Source: Candidatus Zhuqueibacterota bacterium (GTDB taxonomy: Bacteria; Zhuqueibacterota; Zhuqueibacteria; Thermofontimicrobiales; Thiofontviventaceae). Taken from it: a stretch of 64,000 nt of DNA. Below, in pieces: positions 30,016-39,592 of the stretch; position 1 is the stretch's first letter; every line of letters begins with the position of its first letter. The stretch lies in NCBI GenBank assembly GCA_016926625.1, contig JAFGOE010000125.1:21341-85340 (forward strand), given 5' to 3'. Below the pieces are notes generated by a model. The model worked only from the letters and a program-made list of their open reading frames with translations. It did no database searches and was not told where the DNA came from. The position numbers and the translations under genes are program-made.

Positions 30016-31068
30016 TCAATCGTGATGGAACATCCTGTCCAGCGCTATTTTCGCGTTTTGTTTAACCGAATCCGGTACTCGAATCAAATGATATGATCCT
30101 AAATTCTCCAGTGTATACAGCAGATCAAGCGCACTAATTTTATTCATCGTAGCACAGAATGACGTGGATAACGGGATCACGGTCTTATCCGTGAATCTGG
30201 CAGCTAAACGATGGACCAGATTATATTCTGTACCGATCGCGATAACGCTTCCAGCAGGCGCATGTTCCACGTATTTCAGGATGTAACCGGTAGAACCGTT
30301 ATCGTCACTGGCCTGAACCACGTCGGCATCACATTCAGGATGGACGATTACCTTCACATCGGGGTATTGATTACGGACCGTCTCGATATGTTTGACTGTA
30401 AAAAATCGGTGTACATAACAGTAACCATCCCACAGAATGACTCGTGCCTTGTTCAACCGATCCACATCATGGATGATATCATCGTTCCACAGGACGATTT
30501 CATCGGCCGGAATATTCATCTTTAAGGCGGTATTACGGCCGAGGTTTTGATCGGGAAAGAAAAAAACCTTCTCCCCCCTCTTGAACGCCCATTTCAGCAT
30601 GCTTTCCGCATTTGATGAGGTACAGACAGCGCCTTGATGCTCCCCGCAAAAGGCCTTTAATTCAGCCCTGGAGTTGATGTAAGTGATCGGAATGATGTCG
30701 TTTACACTGACTATACGATGCAGATGATTCCATACATCTTGCACCTGATCGATATTTGCAAAATCAGCCAGAGGACAACCCGCCTCCAGGTTAGGTAATT
30801 GAACGATTTGATCGTCCGTGGTGAGGATATCGGCGCTTTCAGCCATAAAATGGACACCACAGAATACGATATAGGCAGCTTCCTTCTGCTTCGCGGCTTT
30901 GTGACACAATTCAAGCGAATCCCCGGTGAAATCGGCATGTGCGATCACCTCTTCTTTTTGGTAATGATGTCCGAGGATGACTAGTTTAGAACGCCATCGT
31001 GCTTTTATCTGTTCAATCTTTCGTGCAGTATCGAGTTCTGATTTATCAGTGTCGTTGCGATGAATCAT
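30016..31068 (-). CDS. nadA: Quinolinate synthase A
   Basis: NadA-family triplicated-domain motifs are present (ILGHHYQ...HFMAESA...VHPEC) with Fe-S ligand cysteines. Confidence 0.85.
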   Translation of the reverse strand: MIHRNDTDKSELDTARKIEQIKARWRSKLVILGHHYQKEEVIAHADFTGDSLELCHKAAKQKEAAYIVFCGVHFMAESADILTTDDQIVQLPNLEAGCPLADFANIDQVQDVWNHLHRIVSVNDIIPITYINSRAELKAFCGEHQGAVCTSSNAESMLKWAFKRGEKVFFFPDQNLGRNTALKMNIPADEIVLWNDDIIHDVDRLNKARVILWDGYCYVHRFFTVKHIETVRNQYPDVKVIVHPECDADVVQASDDNGSTGYILKYVEHAPAGSVIAIGTEYNLVHRLAARFTDKTVIPLSTSFCATMNKISALDLLYTLENLGSYHLIRVPDSVKQNAKIALDRMFHHD

Positions 31069-31075
31069 CGATCAC

Positions 31076-31888
31076 CTATCTTTTTTGTTCTGATTCGTTG
31101 CTATCCTCTGAATGATCTTCGTTTGGGGAAGAAGTGTCTTCATTCTGGCTTCTCGATTTAATTACAAAGGCGGAAACTAGGATACTTATTTCATACAGGA
31201 TCAGTAGTGGACCGGCCAGTAGCAGTTGAGTAACCACATCGGGCGGAGTCAAAATAGCGGCTGCGATAAAAATCAGTACGATGCCATAGCGACGATGTTT
31301 ACGCATGAAGCCCGGATTCAAAATCCCGATCTTAGTCAGGAAATAGGATAGCAACGGCAGTTCGAATACAATACCGAATACCATCACCAGTAGCGTGACG
31401 AAGCTAAGATATTCTTTGATCGTAATGCTGGGTTCAAGGTTGCTGGTCTGATAGCCTAACAAGAATTTAAGACCAAATGGAATGATGACATAGTAACAAA
31501 AGGCGGCTCCGGTGAGAAAGAAAAGGCAGGAAAAGAGAATGATTAAGGGTACGTACTTTCTCTCTTTCTCCAGCAAGCCGGGAGCGACAAACTTCCAGAG
31601 CTGATAAAAAATCACTGGAAGGCTCAAGATGATACCCGCGAAGACAGATATTTTGATATGAATCACGAAACTTTCCGTGGGCGCGAGGAAGATGAGTTTA
31701 TCCGGATACGGTTTGGTGAGGAAAGAAACGATTTCGGGTGAAAAAAAATAACATACAATGGTGAATGCAAAAATCGAGAGAATGCTTCTCAGCAGACGAG
31801 TTCGCAGCTCGTCCAGATGATCCAGAAAAGGCATCACTTTTTCATCTCGTTTTTTGTTCTTCTTCTGATCTGAATTGGTCTCCGTCAT
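31076..31888 (-). CDS. tatC: Sec-independent (Tat) protein translocase subunit TatC
   Basis: MPFLDHLDELRTRLLRSIL is the TatC N-terminus. There are six TM helices. Confidence 0.85.
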   Translation of the reverse strand: MTETNSDQKKNKKRDEKVMPFLDHLDELRTRLLRSILSIFAFTIVCYFFSPEIVSFLTKPYPDKLIFLAPTESFVIHIKISVFAGIILSLPVIFYQLWKFVAPGLLEKERKYVPLIILFSCLFFLTGAAFCYYVIIPFGLKFLLGYQTSNLEPSITIKEYLSFVTLLVMVFGIVFELPLLSYFLTKIGILNPGFMRKHRRYGIVLIFIAAAILTPPDVVTQLLLAGPLLILYEISILVSAFVIKSRSQNEDTSSPNEDHSEDSNESEQKR

Positions 31889-31892
31889 CGAG

Positions 31893-32528
31893 TTATCCGA
31901 TCTTTAATCCCGAGAATCCGAGGAAGGCTATGGACATCAATCCGGCCATGATAAATGCGATAGGAATACCTTTCAACGCTTCAGGAATTGGCGCCAATTC
32001 CAGTCGCTCTCTGATCCCTGCCATTAAAATCAAGGCCAGCGTGAAACCCACTCCGGCCGAGAAACCATGTACGATACTCTCGATAAACGAATAGTTTAGA
32101 TCGAGGTTTAGAATGGTGACGCCTAATATGGCGCAATTCGTCGTAATCAAAGGCAGATAAATACCGAGCGAACGATACAAACCGGGACTCAGCTTTTGGA
32201 TCACCATTTCCACGAACTGCACCAACGCTGCGATCACCAGTATGAAAGCGATTGTTTTCAGAAACATAAGATCAGGGGGTTCTTTTGCCGAAAACAGGTG
32301 ATAGAATAGGTTTGAGGGACTGGGCTTGAGCAAAAAATTATTGATCAGCCAGGTGGCCATCGATGCCAGGGTCATCACAAAGACGACGGCAAATCCCATT
32401 CCGATCGCGGAATCTATTTTCTTAGACACCCCAATGTAGGGGCAGATTCCGAGAAAGCGTGACAGAACGAAATTATTAATGAAGATCGATGAGATTGCGA
32501 TTATGAATAGACTTTTAACTTCCATCAT
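31893..32528 (-). CDS. rnfA: Rnf electron-transport complex subunit A
   Basis: The RnfA/NqrE family pattern is NNFVLSRFLGICPYIGVS...AIGMG. Confidence 0.8.
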   Translation of the reverse strand: MMEVKSLFIIAISSIFINNFVLSRFLGICPYIGVSKKIDSAIGMGFAVVFVMTLASMATWLINNFLLKPSPSNLFYHLFSAKEPPDLMFLKTIAFILVIAALVQFVEMVIQKLSPGLYRSLGIYLPLITTNCAILGVTILNLDLNYSFIESIVHGFSAGVGFTLALILMAGIRERLELAPIPEALKGIPIAFIMAGLMSIAFLGFSGLKIG

Positions 32529-32549
32529 GTTCCTCCGATACCGGCCATG

Positions 32550-33146
32550 CTATTTCTTCGTTTTTTTATCAATCCAATTAAAGAATCCCAGGTACAGGCC
32601 TAATGTAAGGAAGGCACCTGGAGGTAGAATGAGTATTAAAACAGGTTCAAAACCAGAGCCAAATACTGGCACACCCCACAATTTCCCATCCCCGAGCAGC
32701 TCTCTGGTCACTCCGAGAAGAGTCAGCGCCAGCATAAATCCGATCCCCATACCTAAACCGTCCAATAGAGAATAGAAAACAGAATTTTTGCCGGCGAATG
32801 CTTCCGCACGACCGAGTATGATACAGTTGACGACGATAAGCGGAACGAAGATTCCGAGAGATTTATGCAGATCTGGAGCGAACCCTGCCATGGCGAGATC
32901 CACGATCGTCACGAACGTGGCGATCACGACGATATAGATCGGGATTCTGATCTTTTTCGGAACCATATTGCGAATGAGGGAAATGATCACATTGGAGCAA
33001 ACGAGCACAAACGTAGCCGCTGCTCCCATCCCAATGGCGTTTTGCACGGAATTTGAAACAGCGAGAGTCGGACATAATCCTAAAACCAACCGGAATACAG
33101 GATTCTCCGCATAAAAGCCCTTGAAAAATTCTTTTGTCATCGACAT
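32550..33146 (-). CDS. rnfE: Rnf electron-transport complex subunit E
   Basis: The RnfE/NqrD family pattern is NPVFRLVLGLCPTLAVSNSVQNAIGMG. Confidence 0.8.
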   Translation of the reverse strand: MSMTKEFFKGFYAENPVFRLVLGLCPTLAVSNSVQNAIGMGAAATFVLVCSNVIISLIRNMVPKKIRIPIYIVVIATFVTIVDLAMAGFAPDLHKSLGIFVPLIVVNCIILGRAEAFAGKNSVFYSLLDGLGMGIGFMLALTLLGVTRELLGDGKLWGVPVFGSGFEPVLILILPPGAFLTLGLYLGFFNWIDKKTKK

Positions 33147-33160
33147 GTTTAAGTTCCTCT

Positions 33161-33748
33161 CTATTCCTTAACGGCTTCTTCGGCTTTTTGAAGGTGTTCT
33201 TTCAATACGTTCAATGCATCTCTGATCGAGTTCGTGACAGCGCGCGAGGAAATAGTCGCCCCTGTAATCGCTTTAATATTCCCACCATCCTGCTCTACCG
33301 CGAGGTCCTCTGGTGTTTTGCCCAAGAATTGTACCTGAAACCAGGGTTTTTCCTCACCATAGCGTATCTCTTCTATTTTTGTACCCAGGCCTGGTGTCTC
33401 CACCTGATGCAAAACGGTCAGCCCGATGATGGCGCCTGCTGTATCGACGCCGACCATGGTCTCGATCTCACTGGAATAGCCCTGTCCTTTCGCCACGATC
33501 GCGTAACCGACAAGTTCATTCTTTTCGGGTGTTTTATATCCTTTGTAGTACTCGACTTCAGAGCTGTCGACTTTAACGATCGCGTCTTTATGTGCCAGGG
33601 GAAGAGCAATTTTTAAGGCGTTTTCAATGACGAGTTTCTTTTGTTCATCAATTTTTGGTTTAGTAACAGAATTTACCATCGCCAGAGCGGCTGCCGCGAT
33701 AACGGTGACCAATAACAGGATACCACCTAATTTAATAATATCTTTCAT
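33161..33748 (-). CDS. rnfG: Rnf complex subunit G (FMN-binding)
   Basis: There is an N-terminal TM helix. The FMN-attachment site is TGATISSRAV. Confidence 0.75.
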   Translation of the reverse strand: MKDIIKLGGILLLVTVIAAAALAMVNSVTKPKIDEQKKLVIENALKIALPLAHKDAIVKVDSSEVEYYKGYKTPEKNELVGYAIVAKGQGYSSEIETMVGVDTAGAIIGLTVLHQVETPGLGTKIEEIRYGEEKPWFQVQFLGKTPEDLAVEQDGGNIKAITGATISSRAVTNSIRDALNVLKEHLQKAEEAVKE

Positions 33749-34785
33749 TTTTTTTTGACCTCGCCAAATACTTTAGGTTTCGAGTAACGATCAATTAACG
33801 GTACAGTTAAATTCATTAATAAGATTGAATATGAAACGCCTTCGGGATAACCTCCGACGAGTCGGATCAATACAGTGATGACGCCGCAACCCACACCGAA
33901 TATGATTCGTCCTTTATAAGTTACCGGAGAGGTGACCATATCCGTTGCCATGTAGAACGCCCCCAGAATCAAACCTCCGGCCAGAACATGGAAAATCGGA
34001 TCTCCTGAGAAAAGTCCCTCCGTCCCGCCGAAAATCCAGGAGAGAAGGGCGACGGTCCCGATGTAACTCAGAGGAATTTTGAGGCTAATATATCGTTTAT
34101 AAATCAGGAATAATGCTCCAAGCAATAGTAGCAGTACGGAGGTTTCACCGATACAGCCACCTATTCTACCGAAAAACAGATTGCTATAGGCGTCGGAAAG
34201 TTGGGAGAGCACCTCACCAGGAGGAACGATATCGTTTGTATCGGTGATTAAATTAGCGTTCGTGGCGATTGCGGTTTTCGCCTGTCGGAACACGTTCAGC
34301 GGCGTTGCAGAGGTGATAATGTCGATACCGGAGAGGGTTCCACCCCGGGGTATGGTTTTAAAGATGGTCATGTGAGTCGGCCATGACGCCAGCAAAAATG
34401 CTCTTCCTAACAAAGCAGGATTCATGGGATTATATCCCAATCCACCGAACACCACCTTCCCGATGCTGATAGCAAACACAGATCCGATCATCGGAATCCA
34501 CCATGGAACTTCGGCCGGGACATTAAAAGCGAGAAGCAAACCGGTCAGCATAGCGCTACCGTCGGAGATAGTGATTGGTTTCTTTAATAACTTTTCTAGA
34601 ACAGCCTCGGTAAGGACGGCGGATACCATTCCGATCAGCATGACCCATAACGCTCGTTGTCCGAAAAAATATATCGCTCCGATCGCTGCCGGGACCAATG
34701 ATAATGTAACGGAATACATTATCCTGGGGATCGATTCACGATCCGTAATATGTGGAGAAGAAGAAACGAAAAATCTATTTTCCAT
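33745..34785 (-). CDS. rnfD: Rnf complex subunit D
   Basis: The product is polytopic. The RnfD/NqrB N-terminus is SSSPHI and the site ...GGYPEGVSYSIL is present. Confidence 0.85.
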   Translation of the reverse strand: MENRFFVSSSPHITDRESIPRIMYSVTLSLVPAAIGAIYFFGQRALWVMLIGMVSAVLTEAVLEKLLKKPITISDGSAMLTGLLLAFNVPAEVPWWIPMIGSVFAISIGKVVFGGLGYNPMNPALLGRAFLLASWPTHMTIFKTIPRGGTLSGIDIITSATPLNVFRQAKTAIATNANLITDTNDIVPPGEVLSQLSDAYSNLFFGRIGGCIGETSVLLLLLGALFLIYKRYISLKIPLSYIGTVALLSWIFGGTEGLFSGDPIFHVLAGGLILGAFYMATDMVTSPVTYKGRIIFGVGCGVITVLIRLVGGYPEGVSYSILLMNLTVPLIDRYSKPKVFGEVKKK

Positions 34786-34842
34786 GCATCTGCTTCCTTA
34801 TAAATTTTCGCTCGAATGAATAAATTCAGATTTTCGATTCGA

Positions 34843-36174
34843 TTAAGCTGCTTCTTTTCGCATCTTATTTACTTTTAATTTACCATATTTAAACAGATGA
34901 ACGTGTCTAATCTTTGAGGGGCACACGTAAGAACAGCACCCGCATTCGATGCAATCGAGTATATTGTTTTCTGCTGCTTCCTCATATTTTTGATGTTCCA
35001 CGAGCTGTGCCAATATATTCGGCATCAGGTTCATCGGGCAGGAGTCCACGCAGCGCGCGCATCGAATGCACGGTTTCGACTCCGGCATAGAGGCGTCCTT
35101 CCTGTTCAGGACGACGATGCCCGAGGTCCCCTTCGTTATAGGCGCTTCAAGGTCGGCCTGGGCAATTCCCATCATCGGACCGCCATTGATCACCTTGGCA
35201 GCATCATCGGTGAGTCCGCCACAGAATTCAAACAGATTAGCCATTGGGGTACCGATGCGCGTCAGTACGTTCGCTGGTTCCCTGATGCCTTTACCCGTAA
35301 CGCTCACGACCCGTTCATAGAGTGGCTTATTCATGGCGACAGCTTCGTAAATAGCCCTGGCAGTTCCGGTGTTCTGCACAAGACAGCCGACGTCCATGGG
35401 CAACCCTCCTGCAGGTACCTTGCGGTCGGTTACGGCTTTAATCAACTGTTTTTCCGCGCCCTGTGGATATTTTACATGAAGTCCGATCACGCTGATCGAA
35501 TCGCCTTGCTGTTTAATCAGTTTCCGCAGCGTCTTGATGGCTTCCGGTTTGTTCTTTTCGATCGCGATGTAGCCCTGTTTGCAATCCAAAATTTTCATTA
35601 AAATTCTCATCCCGGCCAGGACTTCATCACCGTGTTCGATCATCACCCGTGCGTCTGAGGTTAGATACGGTTCACACTCAGCGCCGTTGAGAATGAGTAT
35701 ATCGATCTTCTTGGGTGGCGGAGGTGACAATTTTACATGGGTTGGGAACGCAGCTCCCCCCATCCCCGCGATTCCGGCTTCAAGAATTTTCTTCTTCATT
35801 TCCGATACGGATAGATCAAAGTAATTCTCGTTCAGTTTGATCTCCGGAACTAACTCTTCTTCACCCTCTGTTTCGATGATAATGGACAGGATGTTGCCTC
35901 CGAGAGGATGAGGTCGAGGTTCTATGCTCTTCACCACGCCGGTGACCGATGAATGTGCTGGTACCGACACGAATCCTTTCGCATCGCATACCTTTTGTCC
36001 GGTCAGCACTCTCTGTCCCGGTTCTACACAAGGAGTTCCCGGAGCGCCGATGTGTTGCTGCACCGGAATAATGATATAAGGAGGAACAGGCATTTTTTCG
36101 ATCGCCTTTTTTTCCGCCAATTCTTTCTTTCCGGGCGGATGAACACCGCCTTTGAATGACAATCTTCTAAACAA
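34843..36174 (-). CDS. rnfC: Rnf complex subunit C (NADH-binding, two [4Fe-4S] ferredoxin motifs)
   Basis: The N-terminus is FKGGVHPP and the two ferredoxin clusters are CIRCARCVDSCP and CIECGCCSYVCPS. The start is TTG (GAGG SD 8 nt upstream); an in-frame stop lies just upstream. Confidence 0.85.
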   Translation of the reverse strand: MFRRLSFKGGVHPPGKKELAEKKAIEKMPVPPYIIIPVQQHIGAPGTPCVEPGQRVLTGQKVCDAKGFVSVPAHSSVTGVVKSIEPRPHPLGGNILSIIIETEGEEELVPEIKLNENYFDLSVSEMKKKILEAGIAGMGGAAFPTHVKLSPPPPKKIDILILNGAECEPYLTSDARVMIEHGDEVLAGMRILMKILDCKQGYIAIEKNKPEAIKTLRKLIKQQGDSISVIGLHVKYPQGAEKQLIKAVTDRKVPAGGLPMDVGCLVQNTGTARAIYEAVAMNKPLYERVVSVTGKGIREPANVLTRIGTPMANLFEFCGGLTDDAAKVINGGPMMGIAQADLEAPITKGTSGIVVLNRKDASMPESKPCIRCARCVDSCPMNLMPNILAQLVEHQKYEEAAENNILDCIECGCCSYVCPSKIRHVHLFKYGKLKVNKMRKEAA

Positions 36175-36197
36175 ATCTGCACCTCTCTCTCAACATT

Positions 36198-36250
36198 AAA
36201 AAAAATGCAGGCATCGTCCATAAGAATGCTTGAAATGAGTTTGCCTGCAT
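36198..36250 (-). terminator. Hairpin plus U-run on the minus strand immediately after nrdR and abutting the rnfC RBS (terminator/attenuator-like)
   Basis: On the minus strand, ATGCAGGCA-(28-nt loop)-TGCCTGCAT is followed by TTTTTTTT. The U-run ends about 20 nt before the rnfC start. Confidence 0.4.
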
Positions 36251-36286
36251 AAATGACAGTAATCGTATTTCATGGATCGTCAAATT

Positions 36287-36730
36287 TTAGAGATCTTTTA
36301 ACTCTGATAGAAATTCTTCTTTATCCTGAAAATTCAGATAAACCGATGCGAACCGTAGATAGGCGACCTTGTCTAGTTTTTTCAGATAGTGCATGACCAG
36401 GTTTCCGATTTCTCTTGAATTGATCTCCTCAGTGAACTTTTCTCTGAGTTGAAATTCAACTTTCGAAGCGATCTCATCGATCGTTTCACTCGATATCGGC
36501 CGCTTTGAACATGCAAGACGTATACCGCTAATTAATTTCTCTGAACTGAACGGCTCCCGTCTCTTGTCAGCCTTGACAACGATGAGCGGTGATTGCTCTA
36601 AATATTCTTTCGTTGTAAACCGCCGCTTACACGCCAGGCACTCCCGACGACGACGAATGACGGTCCCATCACTTTTCATCCGAGAATCGACAACCTTACT
36701 ATCTCTGTAGTTACAGTATGGACATTTCAT
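36287..36730 (-). CDS. nrdR: Transcriptional repressor NrdR (Zn-ribbon plus ATP-cone)
   Basis: MKCPYCNYRDSKVVDSR...CLACKRRFTT is the zinc ribbon. An ATP-cone follows. Confidence 0.9.
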   Translation of the reverse strand: MKCPYCNYRDSKVVDSRMKSDGTVIRRRRECLACKRRFTTKEYLEQSPLIVVKADKRREPFSSEKLISGIRLACSKRPISSETIDEIASKVEFQLREKFTEEINSREIGNLVMHYLKKLDKVAYLRFASVYLNFQDKEEFLSELKDL

Positions 36731-36755
36731 AGCAGTCCTTATTCAATAAAATTTA

Positions 36756-38042
36756 TTAAAAATTTGGATATAAGGGGAATTTTTTACAAAGGTCTGTTAC
36801 ATCCGCCCGTACCTGGTCGATAACGGCTTTATTCTCTTTATTGGTTATCACGCGATCGATTAATTCAGCGATAATCTTTATCTCCGGCTCTTTCATTCCG
36901 CGTGTCGTCATGGCCGGCGTACCGATTCGAATTCCGCTCGTAGTAAACGGACTCTGATCATCGAATGGAACCATGTTTTTGTTGACGGTAATTCCAGCTT
37001 CTTCCAGAATTCTCTCCGCTTCTTTACCCGTCACCCCCTTGTTTCTTAGATCGATCAACATCAAGTGCGTATCCGTACCACCGGATATGATATGATAATC
37101 CTTTTTGAGTAACTCATCGGCCAATGTTTTTGCATTCGTGATGACCTGTTTCGAATAGTCAATAAAATCAGGCTGTAGTGCTTCTTTGAAAGCGACCGCC
37201 TTGGCTGCGATCACATGCATCAACGGTCCACCCTGAAATCCCGGGAAAACACTGGAATCGATGAGTTGTGAAACAGTCTTGAGTTTCCCTTTTGGGGTCT
37301 TCAATCCCATATCGTTTTCTTCATCTTTTCCGATCAAGATCATCCCCCCTCGCGGCCCTCTCAACGTTTTATGCGTCGTTGTCGTCACGGCATGACAGTA
37401 GGGGATGGGACTCCCAATGAGTCCTGACGCAATTAATCCGGCAGGATGAGCCATATCGGCTATTAATTTTGCACCGACTTTATCCGCGATGCTGCGGAAC
37501 GACTCGTAGTCTATCTCTCTGCTATACGCACTGGCGCCTGTGATAATAAGCCGAGGTCGTTCCTTTAAGGCTAAATGCTCGACCTGATTCATGTCGATAT
37601 AGCCGGATTGATCCACCCCGTAGGATATGATATTAAAAAATTTGCCCGAAAAATTGACCGGACTCCCATGTGTCAGGTGACCGCCATGGTCAAGATTCAT
37701 GCCCATGACGGTATCTCCAAAGCTGGCGAAAGTAAAATAGGCCGCAATATTCGCTTGCGAACCAGAATGAGGCTGCACATTAGCATGCTCCGCCTTAAAA
37801 AGTGCTTTCGCACGTTCGCGGGCCAGCTCTTCTGCTACATCGACAAACACACAACCACCGTAATAACGTTTGCCAGGATATCCTTCCGCATATTTGTTGG
37901 TCATGACGTGTCCCATAGCCTCCAGAACCGCAAGGCTCACAAAGTTCTCAGAGGCGATGAGTTCCAATTTATCGTTTTGACGGGATACTTCGTTTGTAAT
38001 CGCCTGGTAGACTTCTAAATCAGTCGCTTGCAAATATTTCAT
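36756..38042 (-). CDS. glyA: Serine hydroxymethyltransferase
   Basis: The PLP-lysine region is [14 protein letters not shown], and both the N-terminus and C-terminus are canonical for SHMT. The start was moved to MKYLQ (ATG verified at 38042). Confidence 0.95.
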   Translation of the reverse strand: MKYLQATDLEVYQAITNEVSRQNDKLELIASENFVSLAVLEAMGHVMTNKYAEGYPGKRYYGGCVFVDVAEELARERAKALFKAEHANVQPHSGSQANIAAYFTFASFGDTVMGMNLDHGGHLTHGSPVNFSGKFFNIISYGVDQSGYIDMNQVEHLALKERPRLIITGASAYSREIDYESFRSIADKVGAKLIADMAHPAGLIASGLIGSPIPYCHAVTTTTHKTLRGPRGGMILIGKDEENDMGLKTPKGKLKTVSQLIDSSVFPGFQGGPLMHVIAAKAVAFKEALQPDFIDYSKQVITNAKTLADELLKKDYHIISGGTDTHLMLIDLRNKGVTGKEAERILEEAGITVNKNMVPFDDQSPFTTSGIRIGTPAMTTRGMKEPEIKIIAELIDRVITNKENKAVIDQVRADVTDLCKKFPLYPNF

Positions 38043-38185
38043 TATGAAAATCCTCTCGCTGCAGGTTGCTTGCATCAAACCCTACGGTTTCACCCTTTTC
38101 AACGTTCTGGTTCGTGCACGATTACGGTGTGATCATCGGAAGAGTGAATATGTTCCGAACAACGCATTGCCCCCTTCAGACATTG

Positions 38186-39484
38186 TTAGATAACACTAGC
38201 GATCCACTTATAACAGTCTTCATCCACCCTGTAGCCATTTCCGCTTTTTCTGCTCTTATTAAAGAATTCATCCTGCGTGCTCGGCAAAAAGTCCTTCAGA
38301 TAAGACATCCTGCGCTCGGCGATGTCTTGAAACTGGATGTCTCTGGCAGCTCGCTGATATTGTCTATAGGCTTCTCTGAAAACGAGTTTATCGTCAAATT
38401 TGGGAGAAGTCCTGCCTTTTTGATCCATACAATGGTCGACTGATGCTTCATAGATTTCACCAAGCACGATGTAGGCCAGTCCGTAATTCGAATCAATTTC
38501 GAGTGCTCTGCGGACATAATTTCTGGCGGTCGAGAATTGTTTCATCTCTTTGTAATTGGTTGCAATATCGGTGTAGACTTTTTTATTATCGGGTACAGCT
38601 TCTATTATCTTTTTATAGGTAGTTATCGACTCGTTATATCTTCCCAATCCGTAGAATGACCCGCCTAAATACTCCATTGCGATCATGTCATCCGGATTTT
38701 TCGCCAAATAACTCTGAAATTTTTCCACGGATTTTGCGTATTCACCCTGATTGTAATACGACTTACCCAGGTCGAACAACAACTGAATGTTGTTCGGATC
38801 CAGCTTCAAAGCGTTCTCTAACGCTTCCACTGCGGCATCCTCATCACCCGAACTCTTCAACAACTGGCCCAGTGTCTGCTGGGCATCTTTGTCCGCAGGA
38901 TCGAGTGCGATTACTTTCTGATAAGCGCCGATAGCGTCTTCTGGCTGATTATTCCTGATATACAGGTTTGCCAGCTGTTTCCAATCATTGATCTGCGAAT
39001 CATCCTCCTCGACTACCTGCTCGTATTCCAGGATAGCGTCATCGATCTGCTCTCTGTTGGCCAGAATGTAAGCGTAATTCCTTCTCATCCCAACGTTTTC
39101 AGGATATTTTTCGAGACCCTGTTCCAGGACTAATTGGGCTGAATCAATCTCCCCAAGCTTAAAATATGAATCTGAAAGCAAGGAATAAACGTCTTTGAAA
39201 CGATCGATTGTATCGAGCTCGATTACTTTCCAGAATGGTTTGATCGCACGGTTATAGATCTTTGGTTTGTAGTATTCATAACCCGTGCTCCATGCTTTAT
39301 TTAATTCGAAAATATAAGCACGCTGCAGTGAATCCTCGATCGCCTTGGCTCTTTCCGGATCGATCGTTGTTTGTTGAGCGGTTGGTGCACATCCAGATAA
39401 ATAAATTAAACCTCCGATAGTCACGAGAATAACGGCCGCTGTAACAACCAGGTTTAATCCTCTCAGGTTCACAGAATTTCTCAT
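38186..39484 (-). CDS. TPR-repeat lipoprotein (exported)
   Basis: A signal peptide with lipobox LSGCA is present. About 8-9 TPR-like units follow (AxxxYxxAL / LGxxY periodicity). Confidence 0.65.
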   Translation of the reverse strand: MRNSVNLRGLNLVVTAAVILVTIGGLIYLSGCAPTAQQTTIDPERAKAIEDSLQRAYIFELNKAWSTGYEYYKPKIYNRAIKPFWKVIELDTIDRFKDVYSLLSDSYFKLGEIDSAQLVLEQGLEKYPENVGMRRNYAYILANREQIDDAILEYEQVVEEDDSQINDWKQLANLYIRNNQPEDAIGAYQKVIALDPADKDAQQTLGQLLKSSGDEDAAVEALENALKLDPNNIQLLFDLGKSYYNQGEYAKSVEKFQSYLAKNPDDMIAMEYLGGSFYGLGRYNESITTYKKIIEAVPDNKKVYTDIATNYKEMKQFSTARNYVRRALEIDSNYGLAYIVLGEIYEASVDHCMDQKGRTSPKFDDKLVFREAYRQYQRAARDIQFQDIAERRMSYLKDFLPSTQDEFFNKSRKSGNGYRVDEDCYKWIASVI

Positions 39485-39550
39485 TACTCCCTCTCCTTAT
39501 GAATTGTGATTCGCCTCGGTATGATATTTATAAATAATAAAATTACTATA

Positions 39551-39577
39551 TTTTTTTTATTAAAATCAAGTAAAAAG
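39551..39577. repeat. 26-nt AT-rich intergenic element TTTTTTTTATTAAAATCAAGTAAAAAG, copy 2
   Basis: This is a near-identical copy of 6563-6588. It lies about 70-90 nt upstream of the minus-strand TPR gene start. Confidence 0.45.
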
Positions 39578-39592
39578 TTATAAAATTACAAT

